From Bacillales bacterium (lineage in GTDB: Bacteria > Bacillota > Bacilli > Bacillales > DASSOY01): a DNA stretch of 53,458 nt. This document shows, piece by piece, positions 9,451-20,393 of this stretch; the first letter of the stretch is position 1, and every line of letters begins with the position of its first letter. The notes under the pieces were generated by a model that was given only the letters and a program-made list of their open reading frames with translations, made no database searches and was not told the origin of the DNA. The translations under genes were made by a program, and so were the position numbers. The stretch spans positions 1 through 53,458 of the forward strand of contig DASVCO010000044.1 of NCBI GenBank assembly GCA_036381575.1, written 5' to 3'.

Positions 9451-10749
9451 TTATTGCTTCAATAACTGAAACATGCGGTTTGCTTCATAAATAACCTTTT
9501 CCTCGTCGACAGTCAAGCATTCACGGTTTCTTACAACTGGCTTCCCCTGTACAAAAACATCTTTCACATCCCGGCCGGAGGCCGAATAGACCACATGTGA
9601 AACCGGGTCGTTTTTCGGATGGAAAAAGGCCTGGGCGGCATCAATCACAATGAAATCAGCCTCTTTTCCAACTTCAAGACTTCCTATTTGATCTTTTAAC
9701 CAAACCGCATCTGCCCCCTCAACAGTCGCCATCCGCAATGCCTGATCCGCTGAAATCAGCGTAGGGTCATTATGTATTCCCTTATGAAGCAATGCAACTT
9801 GCCTTAATTCCTCGAACAAATCAAGATTATTATTGGAAGCGGAACTATCTGTCGCCAGGGAAACCGTAACGCCTTTTTCCAGCATTTTCGGCACCGGAGC
9901 GACCCCGCTGCCAAGTTTCAAATTACTGATAGGGTTGTGCGAGACCTTCACATCGTAATCGGCAAGAATATCAATTTCCTCATCATTCACGTGAACGGCA
10001 TGAGCAACCAGTGTTGGCCTGTCAAAAACACCAAGCTTTTGAAGATGCTTTACTGGCCTCTCCCCGAAATCCTTCACGTTTTGCTCGACCTCAAATTGAG
10101 TTTCAGACATATGAATATGAACTGGAACCCCGATTTCCGCTGATTTAACGGCGATTTGTTCGATATATTCAGGCGGGCAAGTATAAGGCGCGTGCGGCGA
10201 CAACATAGTAGTTATTCTGCCGTTTGCTTGCTGCTCCCACTCTTGTACAAACTGAACGGATTCTTCCAGTTTTTCCTGGCGGCTTTCTTCAGAGCCAAAG
10301 CCAATTATACCTCTGCTTAATCGTGCTCGTATGCCGGAAACCTCCACCGCCTTCGCCACTTCATCCATGTTATCGTACATGTCCACAAAAGTAGTCGTGC
10401 CCGTACGAAGCATCTCAACTATTGACAAATAAGCGCCCCATTTTGTATGTTCGGGGGTATATTGCCCCTCCATGGGCCACATCTTCTCCTCAAGCCATTG
10501 CTGCAAGGGCAAATCATCCGCATATCCTCGCAACAAAGACATCGGTGTATGGCCATGGGTGTTAACCAGTCCCGGTAACACATAATTTCCCTGAGCATCA
10601 ATCACCTCATCATATTTTGAAAGATCCTCAGGAACTTTTCCTACATAAGTGATTTTTCCGTTTTCAAAAGCGACGGCACCGTTGTCAATACAATCGTTAT
10701 TTGCATTAACTGTCAATATAAGCCCGTTGATCAGAATCGATTTCGACAA
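9451..10749 (-). CDS. mtaD: 5-methylthioadenosine/S-adenosylhomocysteine deaminase (amidohydrolase superfamily)
   Basis: Metal-binding NTHGHTPMSLLRG motif, and later HMSET and HAVH motifs typical of MtaD/TRZ-ATZ amidohydrolases. The start codon is TTG. Confidence 0.8.
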   Translation of the reverse strand: MSKSILINGLILTVNANNDCIDNGAVAFENGKITYVGKVPEDLSKYDEVIDAQGNYVLPGLVNTHGHTPMSLLRGYADDLPLQQWLEEKMWPMEGQYTPEHTKWGAYLSIVEMLRTGTTTFVDMYDNMDEVAKAVEVSGIRARLSRGIIGFGSEESRQEKLEESVQFVQEWEQQANGRITTMLSPHAPYTCPPEYIEQIAVKSAEIGVPVHIHMSETQFEVEQNVKDFGERPVKHLQKLGVFDRPTLVAHAVHVNDEEIDILADYDVKVSHNPISNLKLGSGVAPVPKMLEKGVTVSLATDSSASNNNLDLFEELRQVALLHKGIHNDPTLISADQALRMATVEGADAVWLKDQIGSLEVGKEADFIVIDAAQAFFHPKNDPVSHVVYSASGRDVKDVFVQGKPVVRNRECLTVDEEKVIYEANRMFQLLKQ

Positions 10750-10822
10750 TTTGGCGGAGCACTCCTTTCCTATAACTCTTTACCCTTCCAAGATGTCCCT
10801 GAATGTATAATAACAATCGGTA

Positions 10823-11461
10823 TCATATTTTCACAGCTTCGATTAAAAACACATATCGATTCAGCCGGGTGAAATTCACACTGAATCCATTCGTTGTAAA
10901 CATTTCCTTGAGTGTTTCAAGAAAAGGATAATACTCCGTTTTCAAGTCATGAAGCAAGTTATTGTACCCTTGTTCCTCAACCCGTTGCAGGAGACGCATC
11001 TTCGCTTCCCGATCCTCAAACAAGGTATCTGCAAAAACAATCTTACCACCTTTCGGCAATCGTTCGCTATACTTCCGAATGGCCAACTCTTTCTCATCGT
11101 CCGTTAAATGATGGAAGGCATACGTACTGACAATCGTTTCAACTGGATGTTCAAACTCAGGATATTGCAGAAAATCCCCATCGACCAGCTTCATTTCCGG
11201 GAATCTTGTTCTAGTTTTTTCTCTCATAGCCTTTGACGGCTCGATCCCATAAACCTCGTGGCCGCTCTTTCGCAATTTCTCAGTTAAATTGCCGGTTCCA
11301 ACGCCAAATTCAAGAACTCTTCCCTTTGCTCTTTTCGCAACCTTTGTCAAGATCGAATCATAATTCTCGAACACCTCATGGTATTCATTGTCGCGACTGT
11401 TGACCGTATCATCATAGCTGTCTGCCCAATCCTCGAACATATCGACAAATTCACGACCCAT
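10823..11461 (-). CDS. yrrT: Class I SAM-dependent methyltransferase, first gene of the Met-to-Cys operon
   Basis: SAM-binding motif VLEFGVGTGNLT. Its position upstream of the SAH-recycling and mccAB genes matches the B. subtilis yrrT operon. The start is taken at MGREF (ATG at 11461). Confidence 0.8.
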   Translation of the reverse strand: MGREFVDMFEDWADSYDDTVNSRDNEYHEVFENYDSILTKVAKRAKGRVLEFGVGTGNLTEKLRKSGHEVYGIEPSKAMREKTRTRFPEMKLVDGDFLQYPEFEHPVETIVSTYAFHHLTDDEKELAIRKYSERLPKGGKIVFADTLFEDREAKMRLLQRVEEQGYNNLLHDLKTEYYPFLETLKEMFTTNGFSVNFTRLNRYVFLIEAVKI

Positions 11462-11699
11462 TTTCTCACCCCACACAATCTATATAAATGATATACGCCG
11501 ATTCACGCAGACGTTGTTGCAGGATCTGGCACTCCTGATCTTCGTTTTTTTGAAATTTAAACGCCTTTTGTAAACACCTTATAAAAAAAGAAAAATCTGC
11601 TGAACAAAAATAAATCCTACTATTATAGTATGCTTTATCGGGTTTTCCGTTAAAAACGTACCACATCTTTTACCTTTTGTAAAAAAGCACGCATTTAAA

Positions 11700-11721
11700 A
11701 TGCCGGGCGCAAGGCCCGGCA
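11700..11721 (-). terminator. Terminator after yrrS
   Basis: Perfect 9-bp hairpin ATGCCGGGC-nnnn-GCCCGGCAT just after the yrrS stop, followed by a T-rich stretch on the minus strand. Confidence 0.6.
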
Positions 11722-11728
11722 TTAGTCT

Positions 11729-12439
11729 TTATGGAAGATTCTCTTTATATACCTTTTCAACACTAGTCGGCTTCCAGCCTTTGTTCTTTATCCAGCGTAA
11801 GTGAACGATGTACCACTCATGCGGTTTTGCGTTGGTACTGAGCTTTCCAATGGATTGCTGCGGGCCTCCGCCGTTAGCTAACCGCCATAAAATAAATTCA
11901 TCTTCATCCAGTCCCGTAAGACCGGTCGCATACAAAAGAGCTTCCACCTTTTCATTCCAGTCTACCGAACCCCGTTCATATGATGAGACGTGCGGCGGTT
12001 CCTGACTGGTTCCAATCGGTTCCCACGGGCCATTTAGACTGCCCGACAACTCCTTGTCTTTCTTCTTGCTCTCTTCTTTATTTTCATCCGGATTATTCAT
12101 TTGATCATCATCTGTGTTGGATTCAGTTGTTCCGTCTGTCGTATCGGTTGCAGCTTCGCCCGTCCCATTCTGATCAGCCGAACTCTCATCGTTATTCGCT
12201 TGATCCTGGTCGGAATTATCGCTTGCTGCACCATTTGAACCTTCATTTCCTCCGCCGGAGCCATTCGCCGAAGTTTGGGCGGACTGATCCGCTTTTTCCG
12301 GGCCTCCGAAAAACATACTTCCGGCAACAATCACTATTAAAATACAAACAATCGCAATTAATAAGTTCATCAGCCGATTTTGCTTTCTCTTTCGACCGCG
12401 TGATGACAGACGTGAACGCTCTGTTTGATAATCGCTCAT
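11729..12439 (-). CDS. yrrS: YrrS-like (DUF1510) membrane-anchored protein with a low-complexity acidic linker
   Basis: Basic N-terminus, a single TM (LMNLLIAIVCILIVIVAGSMFF), a long D/E/N/S/G-rich linker, and a conserved C-terminal domain. Synteny next to pbpI. Confidence 0.7.
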   Translation of the reverse strand: MSDYQTERSRLSSRGRKRKQNRLMNLLIAIVCILIVIVAGSMFFGGPEKADQSAQTSANGSGGGNEGSNGAASDNSDQDQANNDESSADQNGTGEAATDTTDGTTESNTDDDQMNNPDENKEESKKKDKELSGSLNGPWEPIGTSQEPPHVSSYERGSVDWNEKVEALLYATGLTGLDEDEFILWRLANGGGPQQSIGKLSTNAKPHEWYIVHLRWIKNKGWKPTSVEKVYKENLP

Positions 12440-12501
12440 GATAGCCTCCCTACCCTATCGTTTGTCAACATTGTACCACTTTATAGGCTTCGGGAAAACG
12501 A

Positions 12502-14265
12502 TTATTTTTCCGTCCAGTTATGATCAAGCTGGAAAAGTTTCTTGACAATTTGTTGGTAAATCTGATACGTCTTCATTTCTCCGGCATGGCGGGCCAAATC
12601 AACAACAACAAGAACATATTTCGGATCGTCGGCCGGAAAATATCCGGCAAACCATTGATTGTCAACAGGTTGGCCGTCAGCATCGCTTCCTGTTTGGGCT
12701 GTTCCCGATTTCCCGGCCACTTCATAAGGTAAACTGGCCAACCTCCGTCCGGTCCCTTCCGGTAATTCGACAACCTTTCGAAACAACTCCTGCATTTTCA
12801 TAGCAGTATAGGGAGAGATTGTTTCCCCACCCAGAGGCTTATCCGGAAATGATACAAGTTTCACACCATTGTCATATTCAATCGCCGTTGCCGCTCTCAC
12901 GGAAAGTTTCTCGCCCCCTCTGGCAATTGTTGCAACCGCGTTTGCGATCGCAAGCGGCGAAACCCTAACGTTCAACTGGCCAATTGCCGTTTGCGCCACT
13001 GATTTGGGTACATTCTTATAAGAATCGTCTGCCCAAATGCTACCCTTGATCTCATTAGGAAAATGGGATAACGATTCAATATGGTATACGGACCCACTCC
13101 AGCCAACAGGCCCGATCAAGCCCAATCGTTTTGCAAAAGTTTCTATGTAGTCACGGTCCTTTTGAATCAATTCATTCGCCATTTGTCCGAAGGCATGATT
13201 ACAGCTTTGGGCAAAACTTTCCGTGAAAGTCAGCATACCAAGCTGCCGATGAGCACCCGACTCCCCATACAGGGTCTTGTTGCAGTTGAACAAGCGGTTG
13301 GGATCCACTTCGTTTTTCTCAATGGCGGCGGCCGCGGTGACCATTTTAAAGACCGATCCCGGAATTTGCGGCAAAATCATATAATTCTTTGCTCCACCGG
13401 CATACGGATGGTGTGGATCAAACAATGGGCGACTCACCATTGCCAATAGCTTGCTGCTGTCTGCCTCCAGCAGAACCGCTCCGCCTTTTTGCAGTCCAGC
13501 GTCTTTTACAGCCTCTTGTACGATTTGTTGTATCTGTTTGTCCAAGGTCGTACGAACATTAAGGGGATAATAAGGACTGGCATTACCGCTGTATTTCACC
13601 TCAAGCCCAAATAGGGGTGCGCCGTTCGCTTCAGTATGATAGACCAATTTAGACGGGCCTCTCGACACAAGAAACGGATCAAACGCTTCCTCCAGGCCGC
13701 TTATCCCAACCCTGGTATCCTTTGAAAGAATCCCTTCTTCCAGTTTCTCAGGATAGCGTTCTTTCACAAGCTCCGGATTCTGAGCAATCATCCCCAGAAC
13801 ATGTTCGGCGAACGGGTCAAACGAATCAGCCTCAACAGGTTCAGCATAAACCCCCGGGATCTGCAATTGCTGAATAGCTTTCATTTGTTTTGTTGTCAAA
13901 TCAGCCGGAAAGGCAAACGGCACCTGTGCTTGATAAACGGCCTCTTCGAGTTCTTCAGCATCCACACCGATAATATCGGCAACCTTATCACTTTCCCAAT
14001 GAGTCCGCTTTAAGAAAGGAAATAGAATCAATGCGGGGTGTTCATTACCCCTCAATAGATGGCCGTCACGTCCAAGCAAATGGCCGCGCCCGTTATTTAG
14101 CGTAAAGCTTTCAGTCCGTTGCTGGATGGAAGCCTTGATCAGGTTAACATTGGCATCAGAAAACGATTCTGTGGCAATTAATTGAATATACGACAGGCGA
14201 GCGATTAACAGGAAAAATCCACATAAATAAAATAATCCGACATGAAGCATCCTTCTGCGTTTCAC
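12502..14265 (-). CDS. pbpI: Class B penicillin-binding protein (transpeptidase), PBP4b/PbpI-like
   Basis: SxxK (GSVFKMV), SxN (SCNHAF) and KSG (GKSGTAQ) active-site motifs. An N-terminal membrane anchor is present. Synteny matches yrrR/pbpI. The start is probably the GTG at 14265, preceded by GAGGTGG. Confidence 0.8.
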   Translation of the reverse strand: MKRRRMLHVGLFYLCGFFLLIARLSYIQLIATESFSDANVNLIKASIQQRTESFTLNNGRGHLLGRDGHLLRGNEHPALILFPFLKRTHWESDKVADIIGVDAEELEEAVYQAQVPFAFPADLTTKQMKAIQQLQIPGVYAEPVEADSFDPFAEHVLGMIAQNPELVKERYPEKLEEGILSKDTRVGISGLEEAFDPFLVSRGPSKLVYHTEANGAPLFGLEVKYSGNASPYYPLNVRTTLDKQIQQIVQEAVKDAGLQKGGAVLLEADSSKLLAMVSRPLFDPHHPYAGGAKNYMILPQIPGSVFKMVTAAAAIEKNEVDPNRLFNCNKTLYGESGAHRQLGMLTFTESFAQSCNHAFGQMANELIQKDRDYIETFAKRLGLIGPVGWSGSVYHIESLSHFPNEIKGSIWADDSYKNVPKSVAQTAIGQLNVRVSPLAIANAVATIARGGEKLSVRAATAIEYDNGVKLVSFPDKPLGGETISPYTAMKMQELFRKVVELPEGTGRRLASLPYEVAGKSGTAQTGSDADGQPVDNQWFAGYFPADDPKYVLVVVDLARHAGEMKTYQIYQQIVKKLFQLDHNWTEK

Positions 14266-14319
14266 CTTAACCACCTCGTTTCCATTTTTGCCGGTAAGGA
14301 GATGGTTTAGACAGGGTTG

Positions 14320-14358
14320 GCAAAAAAATAAAGGACCTCTCTTCGTAAAGAGAAGTCC
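14320..14358 (-). terminator. Terminator after greA
   Basis: On the minus strand, GGACTTCTCTT-tacg-AAGAGAGGTCC is followed by TTTATTTTTTT. Confidence 0.65.
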
Positions 14359-14366
14359 CGTTATTC

Positions 14367-14852
14367 TTAATTTACTTGTACAATCTTGACATTTAAATCG
14401 CCGCCCGGTGTAGGTACAATAACTTCTTCCCCTACCGAACGCCCGATTAAACTCTTTGCCATCGGTGAGTCATTTGAAATCTTGCCTTCAAACGGATCCG
14501 ATTCCGCGCTGCCGACAATTGTGTAGATTTCCTCGTCCCCGTCAGGCAACTCTTTAAACGTTACCGATTTGCCTATTGTAACAAGGTCCGGATGCGACTC
14601 ATCTTCCTCTATGATTTCCGCATGGCGGATCATTTCCTCAAGCTGTGAAATGCGCGACTCGACGAAAGCTTGTTCATCTTTGGCGGCGTCATATTCCGAG
14701 TTCTCCGAAAGATCTCCGAAACCACGTGCCACCTTAATGCGTTCAACGACTTCTTTTCGTTTCTCAGTTTTCAGCATTTCCAGCTCATCTTCTAACTTTT
14801 TCTTGCCCTCTACCGTCATGTAATGCTTCTTTTCTTCAGCCAATTCATTCAC
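14367..14852 (-). CDS. greA: Transcription elongation factor GreA
   Basis: [17 protein letters not shown]...[18 protein letters not shown]...[15 protein letters not shown] is close to B. subtilis GreA throughout. Confidence 0.95.
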   Translation of the reverse strand: MNELAEEKKHYMTVEGKKKLEDELEMLKTEKRKEVVERIKVARGFGDLSENSEYDAAKDEQAFVESRISQLEEMIRHAEIIEEDESHPDLVTIGKSVTFKELPDGDEEIYTIVGSAESDPFEGKISNDSPMAKSLIGRSVGEEVIVPTPGGDLNVKIVQVN

Positions 14853-14913
14853 TCCCTAACAATTTACCCAGCGCAGCTGTTGTTTCATTCATATGAACGG
14901 ACGGCTGTGTCCA

Positions 14914-16071
14914 TTATTGTTTCTCCTTCTTTTTCTTCATGTAAGCTTCCCATTCGTCCTCATACTTGTGCTTGATCTCCAGAAACTTTTCATATTCCTT
15001 CGCGGCCATTATTTCTCCATTGGGCCTTGCGTAAAAATACATATAATCCGTTTGTTTCGGATTCACCGCGGCGGAAATTGACTCTTTGCCCGGATTGGAA
15101 ATAGGACCAATCGGCAAGCCTTTATGGACATAAGTATTATAAGGCGAATCCACTTCCGTGTCTTCAGTAGACATTTTCACACGATGTTTTTTGACAGCGT
15201 AATCAACCGTCGGGTTACTTTGCAATTTCATTCCCTTTTTCAATCGATTATGAAAGACACTGGAAACAATTCGACGGCCTTCTTCCGTCTTCGCCTCTTC
15301 CTCGATGACAGAAGCTAGAGTCATCACTTCATGGACACTCAATTTACTTTTCGCGATGTCCGCTTGAAAATCCTGCAAAACCTTCCCGGTTTTGTCGAGC
15401 ATTTTACTCATTATGTCCTCAAGCGATGGTTTCTCTTCTGTAAAGGAATAAGTAGCGGGAAATAGATACCCTTCAAGGGGATAACGGACTCCTTCCGCCA
15501 GAATCGCCTTCGTCAGAAATGAATAGTCTTTCATAAAAGTCCTTTTGATATACTTGCGATCCTGCATTTTCTCCAGGATGGCTTTCTTCTCCAAGTCTGT
15601 TTTATCAGCGATAATGCCCGCCACATCCGTCATTCGCAGCCCTTCAGGAATGGTCATTTTGAAAGCAACGTTCGTGGCAGACCGACCGGTTTGCTGCAAT
15701 TGGTTTATGATTTCATCAATTTCCATTGAAGGCGAAAACATATGAATCCCGGCCTGGAACCCACCGACATTCTTATATTTCACATAATACCGAAATACAA
15801 GAGGACTTGTGATAATGTTTTCCTTTTCAAGTGTTTTGGCGATATCCGACACGGAAGATCCGCGAGGAATTTTCACCTCAACCTTCTTATCGCTTCCGGG
15901 ATTAACCGGTTCCAACGCATTTTGCACATAATAATAGCCGCCTCCGGCAGCAGCTGCAATAATAACAGCCAGCCCCAAGATCACGTAAAAAACGATTCTT
16001 CTCACTAGTTTGGCTTCCTTTGCACGTTCTTCGATTTTTTCAAAATATTGTTCGCGGTTCACCTCAGGCAC
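14914..16071 (-). CDS. mltG: Endolytic murein transglycosylase MltG (YceG-like)
   Basis: Single N-terminal TM, then a YceG domain (FPATYSF, LASVIEEEA, VFHNRL, LQSNPTVDY, YNTYVHKGLPIGPISNPG). The start is uncertain. A GTG at 16071 is preceded by GAAGGGGGA. ATGs at 16131 and 16155 are alternatives. Confidence 0.8.
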   Translation of the reverse strand: MPEVNREQYFEKIEERAKEAKLVRRIVFYVILGLAVIIAAAAGGGYYYVQNALEPVNPGSDKKVEVKIPRGSSVSDIAKTLEKENIITSPLVFRYYVKYKNVGGFQAGIHMFSPSMEIDEIINQLQQTGRSATNVAFKMTIPEGLRMTDVAGIIADKTDLEKKAILEKMQDRKYIKRTFMKDYSFLTKAILAEGVRYPLEGYLFPATYSFTEEKPSLEDIMSKMLDKTGKVLQDFQADIAKSKLSVHEVMTLASVIEEEAKTEEGRRIVSSVFHNRLKKGMKLQSNPTVDYAVKKHRVKMSTEDTEVDSPYNTYVHKGLPIGPISNPGKESISAAVNPKQTDYMYFYARPNGEIMAAKEYEKFLEIKHKYEDEWEAYMKKKKEKQ

Positions 16072-16426
16072 CCCTTGTCCCCCTTCATCATTGCCATACC
16101 TCGTCGAATCGCATCTCAGCTTGACAATCATCTGAGTGCTGCTCGACGTGCTCATTTTCCAACAACACCTTGTTACGCCGAATAGCCTCCGCTGTTCTAT
16201 CATCCCGAAGACAGACGAACGTAATGGTCATTCTCATCTCCCCATTATACAATATCTTGACAAAATGTCATCGATTTTAAAGAAAACTTGGATTGCCGGA
16301 AGTCTTTAGCGCTGGCCACACGACGTGGATCGAGTGATGTTGTTACACCTCGGCTTACTCGTCAACTGATGTCACCCAACACTAATACATTCTGATGCGG
16401 CGGTAAAATTCACGCGCTGTGTTCTC

Positions 16427-16450
16427 AAAGAAAAGAGCCCCGAGGGGCTC
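16427..16450 (-). terminator. Terminator after yrzB
   Basis: On the minus strand, the hairpin GAGCCCC-tc-GGGGCTC is followed by TTTTCTTT. Confidence 0.7.
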
Positions 16451-16465
16451 AGGAAGAAGGGGTTC

Positions 16466-16753
16466 TTATTCTTCCTCTGTAAACGTGTTCAACATTTCCT
16501 CAATCATATCCCATTCCCGGTCACTTTCAATCGGATAGAATGAAACTTGCCCGTTTTCACCTTCCGATTCTTCATAGCGAAAGGCAAACACTTCGACCTC
16601 GCCATCTTCACCCGCTTCCGTGTTGGCCTCAACCGGGACGAGAACCATGTAGGAAACACCCGTTTCCTCAACGGTAAAATGAAACAGTTCCTCGAAAAGA
16701 TGTTCTTCCCCTTCATGTTCAATGACAAAGCGTTCTTTTTCATTGTCTACCAC
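16466..16753 (-). CDS. yrzB: DUF1292 family acidic protein
   Basis: The C-terminal REWDMIEEMLNTFTEEE closely matches the YrzB family. Synteny with ruvX/yrzL. Confidence 0.8.
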   Translation of the reverse strand: MVDNEKERFVIEHEGEEHLFEELFHFTVEETGVSYMVLVPVEANTEAGEDGEVEVFAFRYEESEGENGQVSFYPIESDREWDMIEEMLNTFTEEE

Positions 16754-16764
16754 GTTCGTTCACC

Positions 16765-17190
16765 TCACTTGCCTGAGTGATTACTGTCCAAATAGCCTTG
16801 CAGGATTAAAGAAGCAGCCATTTTATCGACAACTTTCTTTCTCTTTTTCCGGCTCATATCAGCAGAAATCAATATTTTCTCGGCAGCCATTGTGGTCAGT
16901 CTCTCATCCCAAAGAGAAACCGGAAGGCGAAAGGCTTCTTCCGCCTGTTCCGCGAACTGCCTGCATGCTTCAGCCCTTGGCCCTACAGATCCATCCATAT
17001 TCTTCGGAAAACCGACAACAAGGGCTTGGGCGTCATACTTGTTAATAAGATCACGCAAACGATCAAATCCTGACCGGGTATCACTTGAATCGCGGGGAAT
17101 GGTTTCAATTCCCTGGGCGGTCCAGCCCATCTCATCACTGACTGCTACCCCTATTGTTTTTGTTCCGACGTCAAGTCCTATAACTCTCAT
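16765..17190 (-). CDS. ruvX: Putative pre-16S rRNA nuclease / Holliday-junction-resolvase-like YqgF
   Basis: [20 protein letters not shown]-terminus and the DERLTT motif typical of YqgF/RuvX (B. subtilis yrrK). Confidence 0.9.
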   Translation of the reverse strand: MRVIGLDVGTKTIGVAVSDEMGWTAQGIETIPRDSSDTRSGFDRLRDLINKYDAQALVVGFPKNMDGSVGPRAEACRQFAEQAEEAFRLPVSLWDERLTTMAAEKILISADMSRKKRKKVVDKMAASLILQGYLDSNHSGK

Positions 17191-17453
17191 GTACGTTCCT
17201 CTCGGTGAAGGTCCAAATAGGATTTCACAAGCTCCTCAATTAATTCATCCCGTTCCAGTTTGCGGATTAAAGTGCGCGCATCCTTATGACGCGGGATATA
17301 GGCTGGATCGCCGGAAAGCAAATACCCGACAATCTGGTTAATCGGGTTATACCCTTTTTCCTCAAGCGCATCATAAACGGACAGAAGCACCTTGTTCGCA
17401 CTATTGTCATCCATCGGTCCTTCATGAAAATTAAATTTCATTGTCTTGTCCAC
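17187..17453 (-). CDS. yrzL: UPF0297 (IreB-like) small protein
   Basis: [31 protein letters not shown] is the signature of the UPF0297/YrzL family. It overlaps the ruvX start by 4 nt. Confidence 0.85.
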   Translation of the reverse strand: MDKTMKFNFHEGPMDDNSANKVLLSVYDALEEKGYNPINQIVGYLLSGDPAYIPRHKDARTLIRKLERDELIEELVKSYLDLHREERT

Positions 17454-17515
17454 CTGAGCTCACCCCTATTATCCGCTGAATTACGTTCATTATCCCATTT
17501 TACACCAACAAGCGC

Positions 17516-20158
17516 CTATTCGGAAACAGCTTTCACCCATTCGAAAACAAATTGTAATGCTTCATCGAGTTGTTCCGGATTCTTTCCGCCTGCCTGTGCC
17601 ATATCCGGGCGGCCGCCTCCGCCGCCTCCGCAACGGGACGCCGTTTCCTTAATCAATTTACCGGCATGGTATCCTTGTTCCGTTAAATCCTTCGTTACAC
17701 CGGCCGCCAAATTCACTTTTCCATCGCTTGCAGTTCCTAGCACCACGATACCCGATCCAAGCTTTCCTTTCAACTCATCGACCATAGTACGCAGCCGGTT
17801 CATATCATGAATGTCCACTTTCTTGGCGATTACCGAAACATCGCCCACCTTCTTTGCATCATCAGCCAAATCCCGGGCCGCAAGATTTCCAACCTTTGCC
17901 GCCAGCGACTCGTTTTCCCGTTCCAGTTCACGAATGTGTTTTTGCAGCGCTTCGATTCGTTCCGGAACATTGTAAATATTGGTCTTAAGTTGTTTCGCCG
18001 ATTCAGCCAGGATGCCGGCACGTTCCTTCATCAAGTTGTAAGCGGCTTTCCCTGTTACAGCCTCAATGCGCCGGGTCCCTGCTCCAATCCCGGTTTCCAT
18101 GGTCACCTTGAACAAGCCGATGTCCGCTGTATTCCGAACGTGACAGCCTCCGCAAAGCTCAATGCTGTAATCATCGACATCCACAACACGGACAACATCT
18201 CCGTATTTTTCACCGAACAGCGCCATCGCACCCATTGCTCTCGCTTCCTCGATCGGCTTCTCCATGACTTCCACTTCAAGGTTCTCCCATATCTTCTCAT
18301 TGACAATCGCTTCAATTTCTTCGAGCTCTTCCTCACTCACAGGACGATAGTGGGAGAAATCGAACCTCAGGCGGTCCGGGGCTACCAATGAACCTGCCTG
18401 ATTGGCTTCGGGCCCGATCACATCTTTCAACGCTTGATGCAACAAATGAGTGGCTGTGTGGTTCCTGGTGGTGGCCTCACGTTCAGCCGTGTTGACCAAA
18501 GCCGTCAATTCATCCCCTTTGCGTACAGAACCTTTTTCAACAATCACGGAATGAAGATGCTGCCCGTTCGGCGCTTTCTGTACATCCGTGACCTTTAATT
18601 CTACACTGTCCCCATTCATAACACCCTTATCAGCCACCTGCCCCCCACTTTCGGCGTAAAAAGGGGTCTGATCCAATAGAATCTGGGCACTGCCGCCTTC
18701 AGGAACAAAATCTACAATCTCATCGCCGTGAATAATCACCGAAACTTTCGATACCGATTGGGTTTGCCCGTAACCGATAAATTCACTTTTATCATGAATG
18801 TCTCGCAAAACACCACCCTGGATCTGCATGGATCCTTCATCCTGGCGGGCGGCACGGGCTCTTTCGCGCTGTGCTTGCAGCTCCTTCTCGAAACCTTCAC
18901 GGTCGACGTTCATCCCCTCTTCTTCGAGAGATTCCTCTGTCAATTCAAACGGAAACCCATACGTATCGTATAGTTTAAAGGCGTCTTGGCCAGAAAGCGT
19001 TTGGCTCCCCAGTTTTCGCTGTTCTGCGATCATCTCCTTCAGAATGGCAAGCCCTTCGTTGATGGTCGCATGAAAGCGCTCTTCTTCCTTGTGAACTACT
19101 TTCTCGATAAAGGGTGTCTTCTCCTTCACTTCCGGATAGAAATCCTCCATAATTTCCGCTACAACGGATACAAGCCGGTACATAAACGGCTCATCAAGCC
19201 CCAACGTCTTCGCAAATCTTACCGCACGCCGCAGAAGCCGGCGCAGAACGTAGCCGCGTCCCTCATTCGAAGGTAACGCCCCGTCCCCGATAGCAAATGC
19301 AACTGTACGGATATGATCCGCTATCACCTTAAATGCAGTATCTTCTTCCCCATTTTCTCCATAGGATCGTCCGGAAATTTCCTCCGTTTTGCGAATAATC
19401 GGCTGGAACAAATCCGTATCGTAATTCGTTTCACCGCCTTGAATCACCAGACACATTCTTTCGAGCCCCATGCCGGTATCGATGTTTTTCTTCGGAAGCG
19501 GTGTATAACTGTCATCCGGATTATGATTAAACTGGGAGAAAACCAGATTCCATACTTCCAGGTGCCGTTCATTTTCTCCACCCGGAAACAGCTCCGGATC
19601 GTCTGGATCATCCCCATACTCTGGCCCCCGGTCATAGAAAATTTCCGAGTTCGGTCCGCATGGCCCCTCCCCGATATCCCAGAAATTCTCTTCCTTCAAA
19701 CGAATAATTCGCTCTTCCGGCAATCCGACAACATTGTGCCAGATATCGAATGCTTCATCATCGTCATGATAAATGGTTACAGCAAGCCGGTCTGGATCAA
19801 AACCGATCCAATCCTCGCTCGTCAGAAATTCCCATGCCCAGGGAATCGCTTTCTCCTTGAAATAATCACCAACAGAGAAATTGCCCAGCATCTCAAAAAA
19901 GGTATGGTGCCGAGCCGTTCTTCCGACATTTTCAATATCGTTGGTACGAATGGCTTTTTGCGCGTTTACAATCCGCGGGTTTTCCGGCACCACCCGCCCG
20001 TCGAAATACTTCTTAAGTGTAGCTACCCCGCTGTTAATCCATAACAACGAAGGGTCCTCAAAAGGCACAAGCGAGGCACTGGGTTCCACCCTGTGCCCTT
20101 TCTCCTTAAAGAAATCAAGAAACATTTGGCGAACTTGAGCTGATGTTAGTTCTTTCAT
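17516..20158 (-). CDS. alaS: Alanine--tRNA ligase
   Basis: The 880-aa product has the class II AlaRS N-terminus ([20 protein letters not shown]), the editing-domain HTATHLLH and CGGCH motifs, and a C-terminal DHHA1-like tail with a Gly run. Confidence 0.97.
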   Translation of the reverse strand: MKELTSAQVRQMFLDFFKEKGHRVEPSASLVPFEDPSLLWINSGVATLKKYFDGRVVPENPRIVNAQKAIRTNDIENVGRTARHHTFFEMLGNFSVGDYFKEKAIPWAWEFLTSEDWIGFDPDRLAVTIYHDDDEAFDIWHNVVGLPEERIIRLKEENFWDIGEGPCGPNSEIFYDRGPEYGDDPDDPELFPGGENERHLEVWNLVFSQFNHNPDDSYTPLPKKNIDTGMGLERMCLVIQGGETNYDTDLFQPIIRKTEEISGRSYGENGEEDTAFKVIADHIRTVAFAIGDGALPSNEGRGYVLRRLLRRAVRFAKTLGLDEPFMYRLVSVVAEIMEDFYPEVKEKTPFIEKVVHKEEERFHATINEGLAILKEMIAEQRKLGSQTLSGQDAFKLYDTYGFPFELTEESLEEEGMNVDREGFEKELQAQRERARAARQDEGSMQIQGGVLRDIHDKSEFIGYGQTQSVSKVSVIIHGDEIVDFVPEGGSAQILLDQTPFYAESGGQVADKGVMNGDSVELKVTDVQKAPNGQHLHSVIVEKGSVRKGDELTALVNTAEREATTRNHTATHLLHQALKDVIGPEANQAGSLVAPDRLRFDFSHYRPVSEEELEEIEAIVNEKIWENLEVEVMEKPIEEARAMGAMALFGEKYGDVVRVVDVDDYSIELCGGCHVRNTADIGLFKVTMETGIGAGTRRIEAVTGKAAYNLMKERAGILAESAKQLKTNIYNVPERIEALQKHIRELERENESLAAKVGNLAARDLADDAKKVGDVSVIAKKVDIHDMNRLRTMVDELKGKLGSGIVVLGTASDGKVNLAAGVTKDLTEQGYHAGKLIKETASRCGGGGGGRPDMAQAGGKNPEQLDEALQFVFEWVKAVSE

Positions 20159-20224
20159 GTCAGAATCCTCCCTTATTTATTATCAATTATGCCTCGGGGT
20201 AATTGCGTCCAGATCTTATCGAGA

Positions 20225-20393
20225 TTAGGCCTGCTGCGGGGCCACGAAAAACGCTTTTGGTTTTTTGGATGGCGCAGGGGGGGCACTTTGGCCTATGAAG
20301 CAATACAGTCCGACATTGTCGCAGGAAACGACGATTACTAATCGAACTTCATCTGTTGTCGCAAAGCCCGGCGATATTATCTAAGATCCTTTG
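20225..20393 (+). repeat. Dispersed intergenic repeat, copy A (inside the alaS leader)
   Basis: Its core CGAAAAACGCTTTTGGTTTTTTGGATGGCGCAGGGGGGGC and its 3' end GTTGTCGCAAAGCCCGGCGATATTATCTAAGATCCTTTG align by eye with copies at 28535-28746 and 30375-30460. Confidence 0.55.

Noticed and set aside
11466-11666. 66-aa minus-strand ORF upstream of yrrT, and a possible CymR operator or promoter there
   Set aside because: The ORF has no SD and is AT-rich leader DNA. A TATAAT is present (complement of 11622-11627), but the -35 is poor. I cannot verify a CymR box from memory, so I made no feature call.
16072-16203. N-terminal extension of MltG from the ORF-track start
   Set aside because: The extension (MIEQRRLFGVTRCCWK...) is not MltG-like and lacks an SD. 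An internal GTG with a good SD sits just before the membrane anchor and is preferred. The exact start remains uncertain.
17286-20138. Numerous plus-strand ORFs (up to 243 aa) opposite alaS, and similar antisense ORFs opposite aspS, hisS, relA, recJ, recD2, mnmA, pbpI and secD
   Set aside because: They all lie antisense to strongly supported conserved genes, have low-complexity or odd composition, and lack ribosome-binding sites.
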